This document shows positions 11,223 to 22,515 of a DNA stretch of 39,800 bases, piece by piece. The notes beneath the pieces are model-generated. The model was not told the DNA's origin, did not search any database, and saw nothing but the letters and a program-made list of their open reading frames with translations. Positions within the stretch are counted from its first letter, which is position 1. The number at the start of each line of letters is the position of its first letter. The position numbers and the translations under genes are program-made. Source of the DNA: Octopus bimaculoides (taxonomy: Eukaryota); contig NC_068993.1 in assembly GCF_001194135.2 (NCBI RefSeq), forward strand, positions 40,702,605 through 40,742,404. Reading direction: 5' to 3'.

Positions 11223-12677
11223 TCCTTTAGCATTTAAACCAGCCAAATGTGGCCCAAAAATTCTATCTGTTTTATGTTCAAACTGATCAGATCTGAATTC
11301 TCACACCTACCCTACAATGTCATTCTAAAAAGAAATAATCACATCATTGAAATTTTGAAGCTACAGTGTCAGACATGATTCATTCAAAATAAGTGAATAT
11401 AGGCGTAGGTATGGCAGTGTGGTAAGAAGCTTGCTTCCCAACCACACGGGCTAACCAAAGCCTTGTGATTGAATTTGGTAGATAGAAACTGAAAGAAGCC
11501 CATCGTATATANNNNNNNNNNNNNNNNNNNNNNNNNNNNNNNNNNNNNNNNNNNNNNNNNNNNNNNNNNNNNNNNNNNNNNNNNNNNNNNNNNNNNNNNN
11601 NNNNNNNNNNNNNNNNNNNNNNNNNNNNNNNNNNNNNNNNNNNNNNNNNNNNNNNNNNNNNNNNNNNNNNNNNNNNNNNNNNNNNNNNNNNNNNNNNNNN
11701 NNNNNNNNNNNNNNNNNNNNNNNNNNNNNNNNNNNNNNNNNNNNNNNNNNNNNNNNNNNNNNNNNNNNNNNNNNNNNNNNNNNNNNNNNNNNNNNNNNNN
11801 NNNNNNNNNNNNNNNNNNNNNNNNNNNNNNNNNNNNNNNNNNNNNNNNNNNNNNNNNNNNNNNNNNNNNNNNNNNNNNNNNNNNNNNNNNNNNNNNNNNN
11901 NNNNNNNNNNNNNNNNNNNNNNNNNNNNNNNNNNNNNNNNNNNNNNNNNNNNNNNNNNNNNNNNNNNNNNNNNNNNNNNNNNNNNNNNNNNNNNNNNNNN
12001 NNNNNNNNNNNNNNNNNNNNNNNNNNNNNNNNNNNNNNNNNNNNNNNNNNNNNNNNNNNNNNNNNNNNNNNNNNNNNNNNNNNNNNNNNNNNNNNNNNNN
12101 NNNNNNNNNNNNNNNNNNNNNNNNNNNNNNNNNNNNNNNNNNNNNNNNNNNNNNNNNNNNNNNNNNNNNNNNNNNNNNNNNNNNNNNNNNNNNNNNNNNN
12201 NNNNNNNNNNNNNNNNNNNNNNNNNNNNNNNNNNNNNNNNNNNNNNNNNNNNNNNNNNNNNNNNNNNNNNNNNNNNNNNNNNNNNNNNNNNNNNNNNNNN
12301 NNNNNNNNNNNNNNNNNNNNNNNNNNNNNNNNNNNNNNNNNNNNNNNNNNNNNNNNNNNNNNNNNNNNNNNNNNNNNNNNNNNNNNNNNNNNNNNNNNNN
12401 NNNNNNNNNTATATATATATATATATCTGTAGGTATTTGTGTGTCAGTGGTTGTTTTCCCACCATCGCTTCAAAACCGATGTTGGTGTGTTTATATCCCT
12501 GCAACTTAGTGATTCAGCAAAAGAGGCTGATGGAATAACTACTAGGTTTACAATGAATAAGTCCTGGGGTCAATTTCTTCAACTAAAGGCGGTACTCCAG
12601 CATGGCCGTAGTCAAATCACTGAAACAAGTAAAAGAATAAAGGAACATTACATTTGACAGTAATCCGAATGTTAAAG
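11223..12677 (+). mobile_element. piggyBac-type MITE family 1 copy interrupted by a SINE family A insertion (about 11400-12642, spanning the gap)
   Basis: TTAA-tcctttagcatttaaacc... runs to gtgaatat at 11400, then the SINE head aggcgtaggtatggcagtgtggtaagaagc. The SINE 3' end (gaaacaagtaaaagaataaa) is at about 12640, and the MITE resumes with cattacatttgacagtaatccgaatgttaaag. Confidence 0.8.
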
Positions 12678-13828
12678 TCTTGCCTGACACCTTAATTTAA
12701 CTGCAAACTTTAAAACAGATGGTTTTTGTATCATAGAACCTGAATTGATATGAAAAGAGTTAAGCTTGTTTAACTAGTTTCTAAATAATGGAGATGCACA
12801 AATAATAAACAGCAAACACAAAGTTATAGCAGACATACTATTAGAAAGTTAAAAGCCCCCAATATCTATATTTATTATCAGCTTCTTGTAAAATGTTCAA
12901 CCAATTCCGCAATTCTCTAACTCATCATCCTGATCTCTCATCTATTAATACTGTTTTCCTTTTTTATTTATTATTGTTATTGTTGTCATGTGTGTGTGTG
13001 TGTTTGGATTTTTTGTTTTTTGTTTTTGTTTTTTGTTTTTTTTCCCCCTTCAATTTGGTTTTAATAAAGTAAATATTATTCTTAGCAAAATAGACAAACA
13101 TCCTTATCTATATCAGTGAAACAAGTGTTAGTTTAATAATCATATTTAATTACTGTAAATATTCCAACTTCGTTATTAAAACAAGTCTTTCTTTGAGGTT
13201 CATTGATAGAGAGAGAGGGAGGAGAACAAGAAGAAAAAAAAATTAAAAGGAAAAGAAGTTGAAGGCAGAAAAGAGATTGGCATCAAATGATAAAAGCAAA
13301 AACAAAACAAAAAAGTAATGAGAAAACAACAACAAAAAAAATTAATAGAATAAATAGATAAAGGGTAAAAAAAAAAAATGGTTGTTAAGGCGCTTTGAAA
13401 AATATAGAATATTTTATGACATGTTTCATTTAATCAAAACTATAATATAGTGAGAGAAAAGGAGACTTTGCAAAAATATATTTATGGATTTCAATTATAT
13501 TTTTGTCTTTATCATTGGATTATGTGTTTTTAGGATTCAAATGTCAGGAAAAATAATAATAATAGTAGTAAACACAAAATTGCATTTCATTGAAGTCCCC
13601 TGGCACATGATCTTTGAAACATTACTAAATTATTAGTGTTTAAACTTTTTTTTTTTCATTTTTTCTTTTCTCATATGTGTGTGTGTGTACATTTGTGTGT
13701 ATCTAAGTGTGAGTTTGTATGTATGTGTCTTTGGGTGTGTAGAATATAAAATTATGGATAATCTTTACAAAGATACTTTGATTTTTTTATATATACATCT
13801 AAGTTATCTTTTTTTTTTTATTTTCTAC

Positions 13829-13875
<47 letters not shown>

Positions 13876-14045
13876 AATAAACATATTTGGGATAAAAAAA
13901 AATCTGTTTTTTAATACATGTATGTGGGTGTTCTGTGCACGTGTATGCATGTTCAGCATTGATAAAAAGCAGTTACATTTGATATTTTAACCTTGTTGTT
14001 TGTATGTTTGTGTGTGTGTGTATGTTTGAGTGCATTCATACTCAC

Positions 14046-14221
14046 CACCGGAATCTTCCCTCTTCCTGTCAGGTACAACACTTCAGGGCTGCCATCATGA
14101 ATGTCAGCATGGTGAAAAGTAGGTCTTGAGAGATCACATTGATGCTGGAGTGAGGGCCAGTAAATGTGTTTTGTGTACAACAGATAAGGTGGAAGAGAGC
14201 TTCGGCAATATTCCCCATTGC
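14046..14221 (-). CDS. Candidate internal coding exon, product unrecognised
   Basis: Acceptor tgtgttcttag|G and donor GTG|gtgagta bound 176 nt that are open in one frame (phase 1 to 0): GNGEYCRSSLPPYLLYTKHIYWPSLQHQCDLSRPTFHHADIHDGSPEVLYLTGRGKIPV. Non-repetitive sequence; no recognised homology. Confidence 0.25.
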
Positions 14222-14498
14222 CTAAGAACACAGTTACAGGCACTCCTCAATGGGTAACAGTACTAGTGTGGTTGGAGTTAGCATATTGTTAACAGGTGGT
14301 GGTAGTCAGAGTGTATGGTAAAATAATTAAACTTTGACTAATCTTTGGCACAACAACAACTGTTATTTCTGCTTACTACATCAGAACTAACAGATAATTG
14401 AACCGTTTCTATAAAACTGACTTGCAGACCGCATCAATAATGAATCATTGTGGCCTTGTTATTATGGCTTGTAACTTTGATTCATGTATAGGTTACAC

Positions 14499-14794
14499 CA
14501 GTGGTTCCCAAACTTTTTCAGGTTGCCGCCCCCTTGACACCCAGGCCACATTTCTAGCACCCCTGCCCCAACTAACCATGAGAAACATAGACCGCTTTCT
14601 GAAGCAAATTGAAAGCAACTGTTTTTCTCAAATAAAACCTAAGAAACCCATTATTTTGTTATTACATGAATCGCTACCCCATTATCCCCCAACTTTTTAC
14701 ATGAATCACTACCCCATTATTGCCCCACTTTTCTTCAGTACACCCTTGGAACTTTTCACCACCTCCAGGAGGGCAATACTGGTTGTTCACACTG
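14499..14794 (+). mobile_element. hAT/Charlie-like MITE remnant
   Basis: Starts CAGTGGTTCCCAAACT, typical of hAT-Charlie termini. The right end is degenerate (ggttgttcacactg), there is an internal ~28-bp direct repeat, and no clear 8-bp TSD. Confidence 0.5.
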
Positions 14795-14899
14795 ACATAA
14801 AGGCTACAGGTAAGAGTATAGTATCAGAAATAAGGAGAGTTCGAGGCTTTTTTAGTCTTGTATCATAATTGGTCTAAACATTTACAATTCTCACTTCAA

Positions 14900-15240
14900 G
14901 AATGCTGCCAGTCACTTGACTACCTACCAATCTGGTGAATATATGCAAAACCCCAAAAGGATGAAAAGCAAAGTTGACCTCGGTGGGTTTTGAATTTGGA
15001 ACATAATAATGATAATAATGATGATTTCAAATCTTTGGCACATGACCAACTAGTTCAGGAGAGGGTGTAAACCAATTACATCAACCGCAGTATTCAACTG
15101 GTACTTAATTTATCAACCTTGAAAGGATGAAAAGCGAAGTCAACCACAGCAGAGTTTGAACTCAGAGAACATAAAAATGAATGAAACGCTACTAAGCATT
15201 TTGTCTGGCATGCTAATGATTCTACCAGTTCACTGCCTTA
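14900..15240 (-). mobile_element. Two SINE family B fragments
   Basis: aaaggatgaaaagcaaagttgacctcggtgggttttgaa (14955-14995) and aaaggatgaaaagcgaagtcaaccacagcagagtttgaactcag...ctaagcattttgtctggcatgctaatgattctaccagttcactgcc. Confidence 0.8.
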
Positions 15241-15329
15241 ATAATTTCATTTATTTGCCACATGGGCAAAGTATGAGGGGGACAATACAAAGACATAAAG
15301 TGTGGGAGTTTATATATAATGAAATGATA

Positions 15330-15860
15330 AATTTTTTTTTTAAAACTAAGTATACACACTATACACTGAATAACAAGTGACATATGCATAACGTACAAAG
15401 ATTTAAAAAAAAAAGTAGCAGAACGGCTGATAAAGATGTGGCCCTCCTGATACAGAAAGGCCTCTAGGGATAATCGAGGAACCCAACTGTCCAAGATTTC
15501 CCTGAAACTCCAAGAGCAAGTGCCCTCTCCGATTCCTTCTCTCCGATTCCTTCTCTCCGACTCACAAGTCTACACTTAGAGAGGTACCATCCACTCTTGC
15601 CATTTTCGCAACTTTCACCCACCTTTCAATAAACTCACTCGAGGACAGCACTTCCCTCTTCACTCTCAATTTCCTTTTCAAGTGCAACTTGAAGAAGTCA
15701 ATGAGAGCTCTACCAAAGAGGAATGTATCTGTCCTCATGCATTTCAGCCTTGTCCACCAAACAACTTCTTTTGCCACAACCTCCAGGTAAAGGAAAACTG
15801 CTTTGCCTGTCTGATTGAAGGAGGGCGGTGGGACAATCATCACTACAGACTCAGCTGATA
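15330..15860 (-). mobile_element. 5'-truncated L1/Tx1-clade non-LTR retrotransposon: ORF2 C-terminus plus 3' UTR
   Basis: ORF 15843-15562 (YLEVVAKEVVWWTRLK...ALIDFFKLHLKRKLRVKREVLSSSEFIERWVKVAKM) resembles the post-zinc-finger C-terminus of Tx1-like ORF2 (K..IW..RN...F...W pattern). It is followed by a T-rich UTR and an A-run (T-run 15332-15341 on the plus strand). Confidence 0.7.
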
Positions 15861-15864
15861 GACG

Positions 15865-16000
15865 GGATAATAATCTTTTCTACTAAAGGCACAAGGCCTA
15901 AAATTTGTGGGGAGGGGAATTGTCAATTACATCAACCCCAGTGTTTCACTGGTACTTAATTTATCAACCCCAAAAGGATGAGAGGCAAAGTTGACCTTGA
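15865..16000 (-). mobile_element. SINE family B 3' fragment
   Basis: aggcacaaggcctaaaatttg...attacatcaaccccagtgtttcactggtacttaatttatcaaccccaaaaggatgagaggcaaagttgacc. Confidence 0.8.
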
Positions 16001-16159
16001 CGGGATAATAGTAATAATAATGATAATAATCCCAATAAACAGAACAGATTTTCAGATTAGGCAACATGCTACAAGATAATCTGGAGAACTATTACAAAAC
16101 TACTTTGGTTAAGCAGAAGTCTGCTCAAGAAAATGCTAGCACAGTAGCATTTTATAATG

Positions 16160-16490
16160 TTGTGTAGCTGTGTGGTAAGAAGCTTGCTTCCCAATGACAT
16201 TGTTCCAGGTTCAGTTCTACTACATGGTACCTTGGGCAATTGTTTTCTACTATCGCCTTGGGCCAACAAAAGCTTTGTGAGTGGATTTGGTAGAGGAAAC
16301 TGAAAGAAGCTTGTCACACATATATTTATTTTTCTCTGTGTATGCATCTTTGTGGCAGTGTTTGTCCCCCACCACTGCTTGACAACCAGTGTCAGTGTGT
16401 TTACATCCTCGTAACTTTACAGTTTGGTGGGATTGATTCATTTGACTAAAAATTCATGGCTGTAGTCTAAAGACCGAACAAGTAACTGAT
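16160..16490 (+). mobile_element. SINE family A copy
   Basis: gtagctgtgtggtaagaagcttgcttcccaatgacattgttccaggttcag...gtggatttggtagaggaaactgaaagaagc...ttgtcccccaccactgcttgacaacc. Confidence 0.85.
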
Positions 16491-16767
16491 AAACGATAAT
16501 GAAAATAAATAACGAGTTCCTTGTTTTGAGATCATGAGAAGGTTGTAAAGGAGTTTCACTGTACATTGTCCTTCATTGTGTTGTTTATGTGTATTTCCAC
16601 CTCTAAGCTGTACCATTCACTTCTAGTATCCCATGTAAACATGTTTGACTACAAAAAAAATATCATCTTGCTTGGAAACAAGTGAGAATTGGCAACAAGA
16701 AGGGCATTTGATCATAAAAAATCTGCCTCATGCATGGATTAGTGGATGTTAAAACAATGTTGATGAC

Positions 16768-17033
16768 TAGGGCTGCTTTTAAGTCAGTTAGACAGATTTG
16801 TTCAAATGGGGCCCTGCACCAAGTGAGGCCCTGCACACATGTTCGAGTGAAGGACACTATGATGAATTTTTAATATATCACTGGCAAATGGTAGATCCTC
16901 AAACCTTCAATGTGTTTTGGCTCAGACTGGCATACTACATGAAGCATAAAACATCGATCTTTAGCTTTTGTAGAGTAGAGGGCCCCACTGACAATTCTCT
17001 AATTAGGCACTGCACTTCCTAGCACCGGCCTTG
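16768..17033 (+). mobile_element. hAT-type MITE inserted in the (GAT)n tail of a SINE family C fragment
   Basis: The left end TAGGGCTGCTTTTAAG and right end CCTAGCACCGGCCTTG resemble CAGGGCCGG-type hAT TIRs. The flanks ttgatgac and atgatgat match at 6/8. The family C tail (16680-16767) continues as (GAT)n after 17033. Confidence 0.55.
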
Positions 17034-17216
17034 ATGATGATGATGATAGGTGGTGTGTTTTACAGCTATCGTATAAAATACATATCGTGTAAAACATACC
17101 TGGTTGCCTAATGGAAAGCCTGTTAGTTGTTATGGCATCTTCATTTAGTAGAATCGCATGACATGACGTAAATGATCCGAGGAATTGATATACTTTAACT
17201 TATGAACACATGAATG

Positions 17217-17272
<56 letters not shown>

Positions 17273-17689
17273 ATGAGTATGTGCATATATGTATGCTGAC
17301 ATGCATGCAACAACTCATGGAGAGATATTAAACACAGGATAAGCAAACAAGATGTGTATATCATTTATTTTTAGAAGGATTATTATTATTTTTTTTTTTT
17401 TTCCAAATTNNNNNNNNNNNNNNNNNNNNNNNNNNNNNNNNNNNNNNNNNNNNNNNNNNNNNNNNNNNNNNNNNNNNNNNNNNNNNNNNNNNNNNNNNNN
17501 NNNNNNNNNNNNNNNNNNNNNNNNNNNNNNNNNNNNNNNNNNNNNNNCGTATCCTGATGTGTATTACATATTCTTTTATTGTTGTTTGCTTAAAAGACAA
17601 GTGAGCCTTGTACACAAAATCCCTATGTCTCCACCTGCCCTTCTTCCTCCACCTAGCTTGAAATCAAGTCGAGGGGGTGGGAAGGGAGG

Positions 17690-18600
17690 GGGTGATGAGG
17701 TAAACAAATATACTACAATCAAACTAAGGACAGATATTGAAGAAGAGGAGGAAGAGGAGGAAGAGTTGGATGAAGAAGATGAAAAGGGGAAGGGGACGAG
17801 AAGAATGATAGGGATGATGATGATGATGCTTATGGTGCTGACGACAACAAGAACGATGACAATCATTATTATGATGTTGATGGTGGTGAGGAAAAGATGG
17901 AAGAGGAGAAAAAGAAGCAGAGGTGGAAGGAGGGAAAAATTATGAAGAAGAGGAGGAGGAGGAGGAAGGAGGGAAGAATTATGAAGAAGAGGAGGAGGAA
18001 AACAAAGAAAACAAATAGAGAGAGAAGAGAAGGAAGCTGTGGCTAAAAAAGAAGAGGAAATGAATGAAGAAAAGAAAAGAGGAGGAGGAGCAGAAAAAAG
18101 ATGCAGAAGAGAAAAGAGAAGGAGAAAATGACATGTGAAGAAGAAAAAGGATCTAGAACAGAAGGAGAAGAGATAGAGAAAAAGAGGAGACTAAAAAAAG
18201 AAGAAATGAAGAAGAGGAGGAGCAGAAAACAGATGTAGAAGAAAAGAGGAGAAAATGACAAGTGAAGAAGAAAAAGGATATAGAAGAAGAGGAGGAACGG
18301 AAAAAAATCAGGAAGATGAAGAAGAGAAGGAGAAGTAGAAGAAGGAGAAACGTAAATGTAAATATAAATAAATAGATAAATAAATCATCAAAATGTAAAC
18401 ACGAAGTGTTAAGAGAATCAGAAAATGGAAGACAAACAAAAATGGTATGAAGAGAAAAAGGGAAAATCCAAATGGAGTAAAAAAGAAGATTGATGCCGAT
18501 TGTTAACAAGAAACATATTAAATGTCAAGAAAAAAATAACGAAAGGGAAGAATAAAATGGAAAAAAAAAAAAAATAATAAAAACAACAAAAAAAATTATA
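17690..18600 (+). repeat. Homopurine-biased low-complexity tract (GAA/GAG/AAG) with internal duplications
   Basis: Almost pyrimidine-free plus strand. A ~75-bp unit is duplicated at 18083-18158 and 18215-18285, and a 22-bp unit at 17939 and 17978. Confidence 0.9.
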
Positions 18601-18847
18601 GGAGGAATCGAATATGAAAATTCCATAGAATACAATGAACAATAAGTGGCTCTTGTTCCTTGCAACAAACCAGCTAAACAACTCATCAACGAAAATGTTC
18701 GTTATTGTTATACGTGTCTGGCTGAAAAGAAGCTGGATTTTGCCTCGGCCTATTACATTGGCGATTTTCTTTTGTTCTGGCATCTCCTTTCTCTTTGTGT
18801 CTCCTTCTTTCTCTTTCTCTCTCCAATTCTGTTTTTGTTCTGAGAAA

Positions 18848-18859
18848 ATATATATACAT

Positions 18860-18894
<35 letters not shown>

Positions 18895-19146
18895 CATATA
18901 CACACATACCTGCGTGTGTATAGATATTTACGAATACACATATATCTATAATGCTTGTGTGTATATTTATGGACGTATGTGTATGAATATGTGTATGTTT
19001 CCTTCTGTCTTCCTCTATATATACATGCACATATATATGCATATGAATGTATAAATGTGTATATATATGTTTATGTATGTATGTGTATGTATATATGTAT
19101 ACACATATATATGAATATATATATACACATATATATTTATATATGA

Positions 19147-19226
<80 letters not shown>

Positions 19227-19285
19227 GTATATATATATGTAGGTATACCTCTCTGTATATATATTACATGCATATATATGTACAT
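18848..19285. repeat. Long degenerate (TA)/(TG)/(CA) microsatellite field
   Basis: Alternating purine-pyrimidine runs visible directly; the source of several spurious YI/VC ORFs. Confidence 0.95.
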
Positions 19286-20699
19286 ATCGTCTTTTCTCTG
19301 TGCACAATGCTTACTGGCACACTAACAACAACTTGGCTGTCACCGCCATCTCAGTGATTTACACTTCCTTTCACAGCGCAAACTAATATTATGGATATTT
19401 TTGTCTAAAAAATACCAAAAATAAAATAACAAAAAGACTATTGATGGACAACAACAATAATCAGTATATTGTTTGTGAAAGATCGAAGAATTCACCCGCT
19501 TTGCGATTTTTCCAACAAGATTTCAAAAACCTGACAGTCAGAATCGGCATGAATGCCTAGAGCCCAAAGCTAGCAAGGCAATCACAAACTGAATGGCAAA
19601 CACTTGGAGGTCAGAGAGGATCAGATGCAGCACCGATATCTGTGGAAAAACAGTAGATTTGCAACAAATATCTTTCTTCCCCCAGGAGAAAATCTGTCGT
19701 GATTCTATGGAAAAATAACACTCCAGCAATGAAGACGGCAGAATTTTTGAATTAGATATTAGGAAAATAATACCTTGGCAGTTTGAAGTACAAAATACAG
19801 CAACTCTTTTGTGTTTGGTTAACTACACAAGCTGAGATATTATCATTTTAATATACATACATATCTGTCGAGCTGTTTGTGTCTATCTGCCTGAGCGTCT
19901 GTCTCTCTCACACTTTCCTTCACTGTTTATTTATCCATCCATCCTTCCATCTATCTGTCTATCTATCTACCTCTACACACACACACGTATGTACAAATGA
20001 TTTTGTGTGTGCGTATATGCACCTATCTATCTATGTGTGTGTATGCATAGGAATGGAAATAAGAAAGGAATGACACAAAGCCCAATGGCAAAATAGCGAA
20101 ATATAAGTAACAAAGATACGGTTAGAATAATTTTTGATAAGTTTATTCTCAGCGAATCAAACTCTCTGCCAATGCTTTACAGCAAAGGCATTTGAAATAT
20201 TAATGCTCAAGCAAACAGTATGCTAAAAATACTGCCATCTTCAATTACGAAATAAAATGCATCTACACAATTATTATCACTAATGTAACTGTCTTTCTGC
20301 ACAAAACATACTTACATTAATAATAATGGTCCATCAAGACTTTACGAATATTGACTACATGGAGGTTACTGTCGACAGCAAAGTGTAAGAATATGCTACT
20401 GGTCACTTGGTGTATATTGTAGATGGTTTCCAAAAGTTGGTGTGTGAATCAAATGCATGTAAGCTGAGGGAAAATCATTTTTAATGATATTACAAAATAT
20501 GAAATTTGAATAATTATTTTTTTGAAATGAGGATACTTAAATGTTGTTATCATATGCAGCATTATCATTGTCATCATAGCCATTGAATGTCTGTTTTTCA
20601 TGAGTTGGATGGTTGAACAGGATTCAGCAAGCCAGAAGACTGTGTTGAACTTCAATATTTGCTTTGACATAAGGCAGCAAGCAGGCAGATTTGTTACCA

Positions 20700-21085
20700 A
20701 GTCGAGCTAAATGCTTTGCAGCATTTTGTCCATCTTTACATCCTAAGTTCAAATTCCCCCAAGGTTGACTTCATCTTTCATCCTTTTGGAGTTGATAAAA
20801 AAAGTACCAGTTGAGAAATGGGATCGATGTCATCAATATGCTCCATCACCCAAAATCGCTGGCCTTGTGTCATGCCTGACTGGCCTCCGTGCGGGTGACA
20901 CGTAAAAGCACCCACTACACTTTCTGAGTGGCTGGCGTTAGGAAGGGCATCCAGCTGTAGAAACTCTGCCAAATCAGATTGGAGCCTGGTGTAGCCATCT
21001 GGTTTCACCAGTCCTCAGTCAAATCGTCCAACCCATGCTAGCATGGAAAGCGGACGTTAAACGATGATGATGATGATGATAATGA
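20700..21085 (+). mobile_element. SINE family B (20700-20870) abutted by a young family C 3' segment (20870-21085)
   Basis: The B body ends ggccttgtg, then catgcctgactggcctccgtgcgggtgacacgtaaaagcacccactacac...aggaagggcatccagctgtagaaac...gcggacgttaaacgatgatgatgat. Confidence 0.85.
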
Positions 21086-21189
21086 TGGTTTCTATGGCTA
21101 CTGAATATACTGAATATACTGTATATAGAAATATAGCCCCAATACTAATGAGGTCAACAAGTAATTCACAAGATAATACCTCTTAATTG

Positions 21190-22515
21190 GGTGCAGTATT
21201 GAGGGATGTGGATTTATGCTGGGTATTGAGTGGTTCAAGTATAATAGAGGAGCAGAAACAGGTTTCTTACTGTGGAGGAGTTACATGGCTGTCTCAGGAG
21301 GAAAGGGAGAAAGGATGGTGGAGATGAGGTATCAGGGCATACTCTTAAGCTAAAAAAAGGTAGATAAAGTGAGAATTGGGATAGAGAATTGAAGATGGCT
21401 GAGTGGAGAGTAACAGACAGCAAGAGATGGGGATAGCAGTGAATGGTGAAAATGGGTGATGTGATTAATGGTGAATCTCAGTTTGTGGTAAGATAAAGAA
21501 AAATAGGAGTGGGCCAGGGAGATGGTAATAAGTGGCAATACATAAGAAAGGAGGAGCAGTGTGATAGAATTGTGGATAATTGAGGGAAAAACAGGATATG
21601 ATGTGAAATGCTGCAGGAGTAAAAATGCACAGCAACAGTGCTGGAGGTCAGAGGCACATAGGAGTGGATATGATAATTGACAAAAAGTAGGGAGACATCA
21701 GTGACAGATATGAGAGTGCGTTCAGAGGAAAGAGGCGTTCTGTGGAAAATAAAGTGACAAGTGATAATGCTGAGAGTGTAGAATAGGTGATAAAGGAAAT
21801 GATTCACAGGAGAGAGATAACTGGTTTTACAAAAGGAGGGCTGGAATATGTGCAGCAATACTCTCATATTATCACAGCAGTGGAGTAAATAATGCCATGA
21901 GTTTTGGGTAAGATTGACATGGACAAACTGAGTTCAGAGCCATAGCCATTAATGATATGCTTTTGAAGCCTCATTTTTGATGAGATGGATGAGTCTTCTT
22001 GAGTACAATGAATCACTAATCATCTCAGTCCTTTGACATCTCCTCTATGTGGCTCAAAAATCTGAGGTCTGTCTCCACTACTTCATTTCATTTTTACTTA
22101 CATCTCTCCCTTCTACAAGTTCCATCCATCACATTTGGTGGTCAGCACTTCTATGTGCTACTGTCCTCATCTTTATACATTACATAACCAAATCAACATA
22201 GTCTTTTCTCTCAGCACATTTGCACTTCATTGTATATGCACACATGAAGCACACCTAGTGAATCATTGCAAGTCTTCTACATTCTTGCCCCACATTTCAC
22301 TCACATGTAGCATTGCTCTTCATACACAAGCATCATACAGTCTTTTACTCTGAGATAAAAGCCTTTTGTACCAATTGTGGCAATAACTCTCTGAACTTTC
22401 TCCAATTGCTTTGTATTGTATTGTAAAATCTACATTTTCAGAACATCCTTCTTCACTACATATTAGGTCACCTAGGTAAGAGAAACTATTTACTACCTTT
22501 AAAGATTCTCCTGGG
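21190..22515 (-). mobile_element. Degenerate RTE-clade LINE 3' fragment (ORF2 C-terminal about 22515-21985) with a probable long 3' UTR
   Basis: GESLKVVNSFSYLGDLICSEEGCSENV and RLYDACV match the conserved RTE post-RT motifs (LEVVDSFCYLG...KGRLYDACVR...LHGSETW). Frameshifted remnants continue downstream. Assigning 21190-21985 as UTR rests on contiguity only. Confidence 0.75.

Noticed and set aside
17352-17945. 197-aa ORF with a poly-Glu stretch
   Set aside because: It spans a gap and low-complexity GAA/GAT repeats, with no recognisable domain or convincing splice boundaries.
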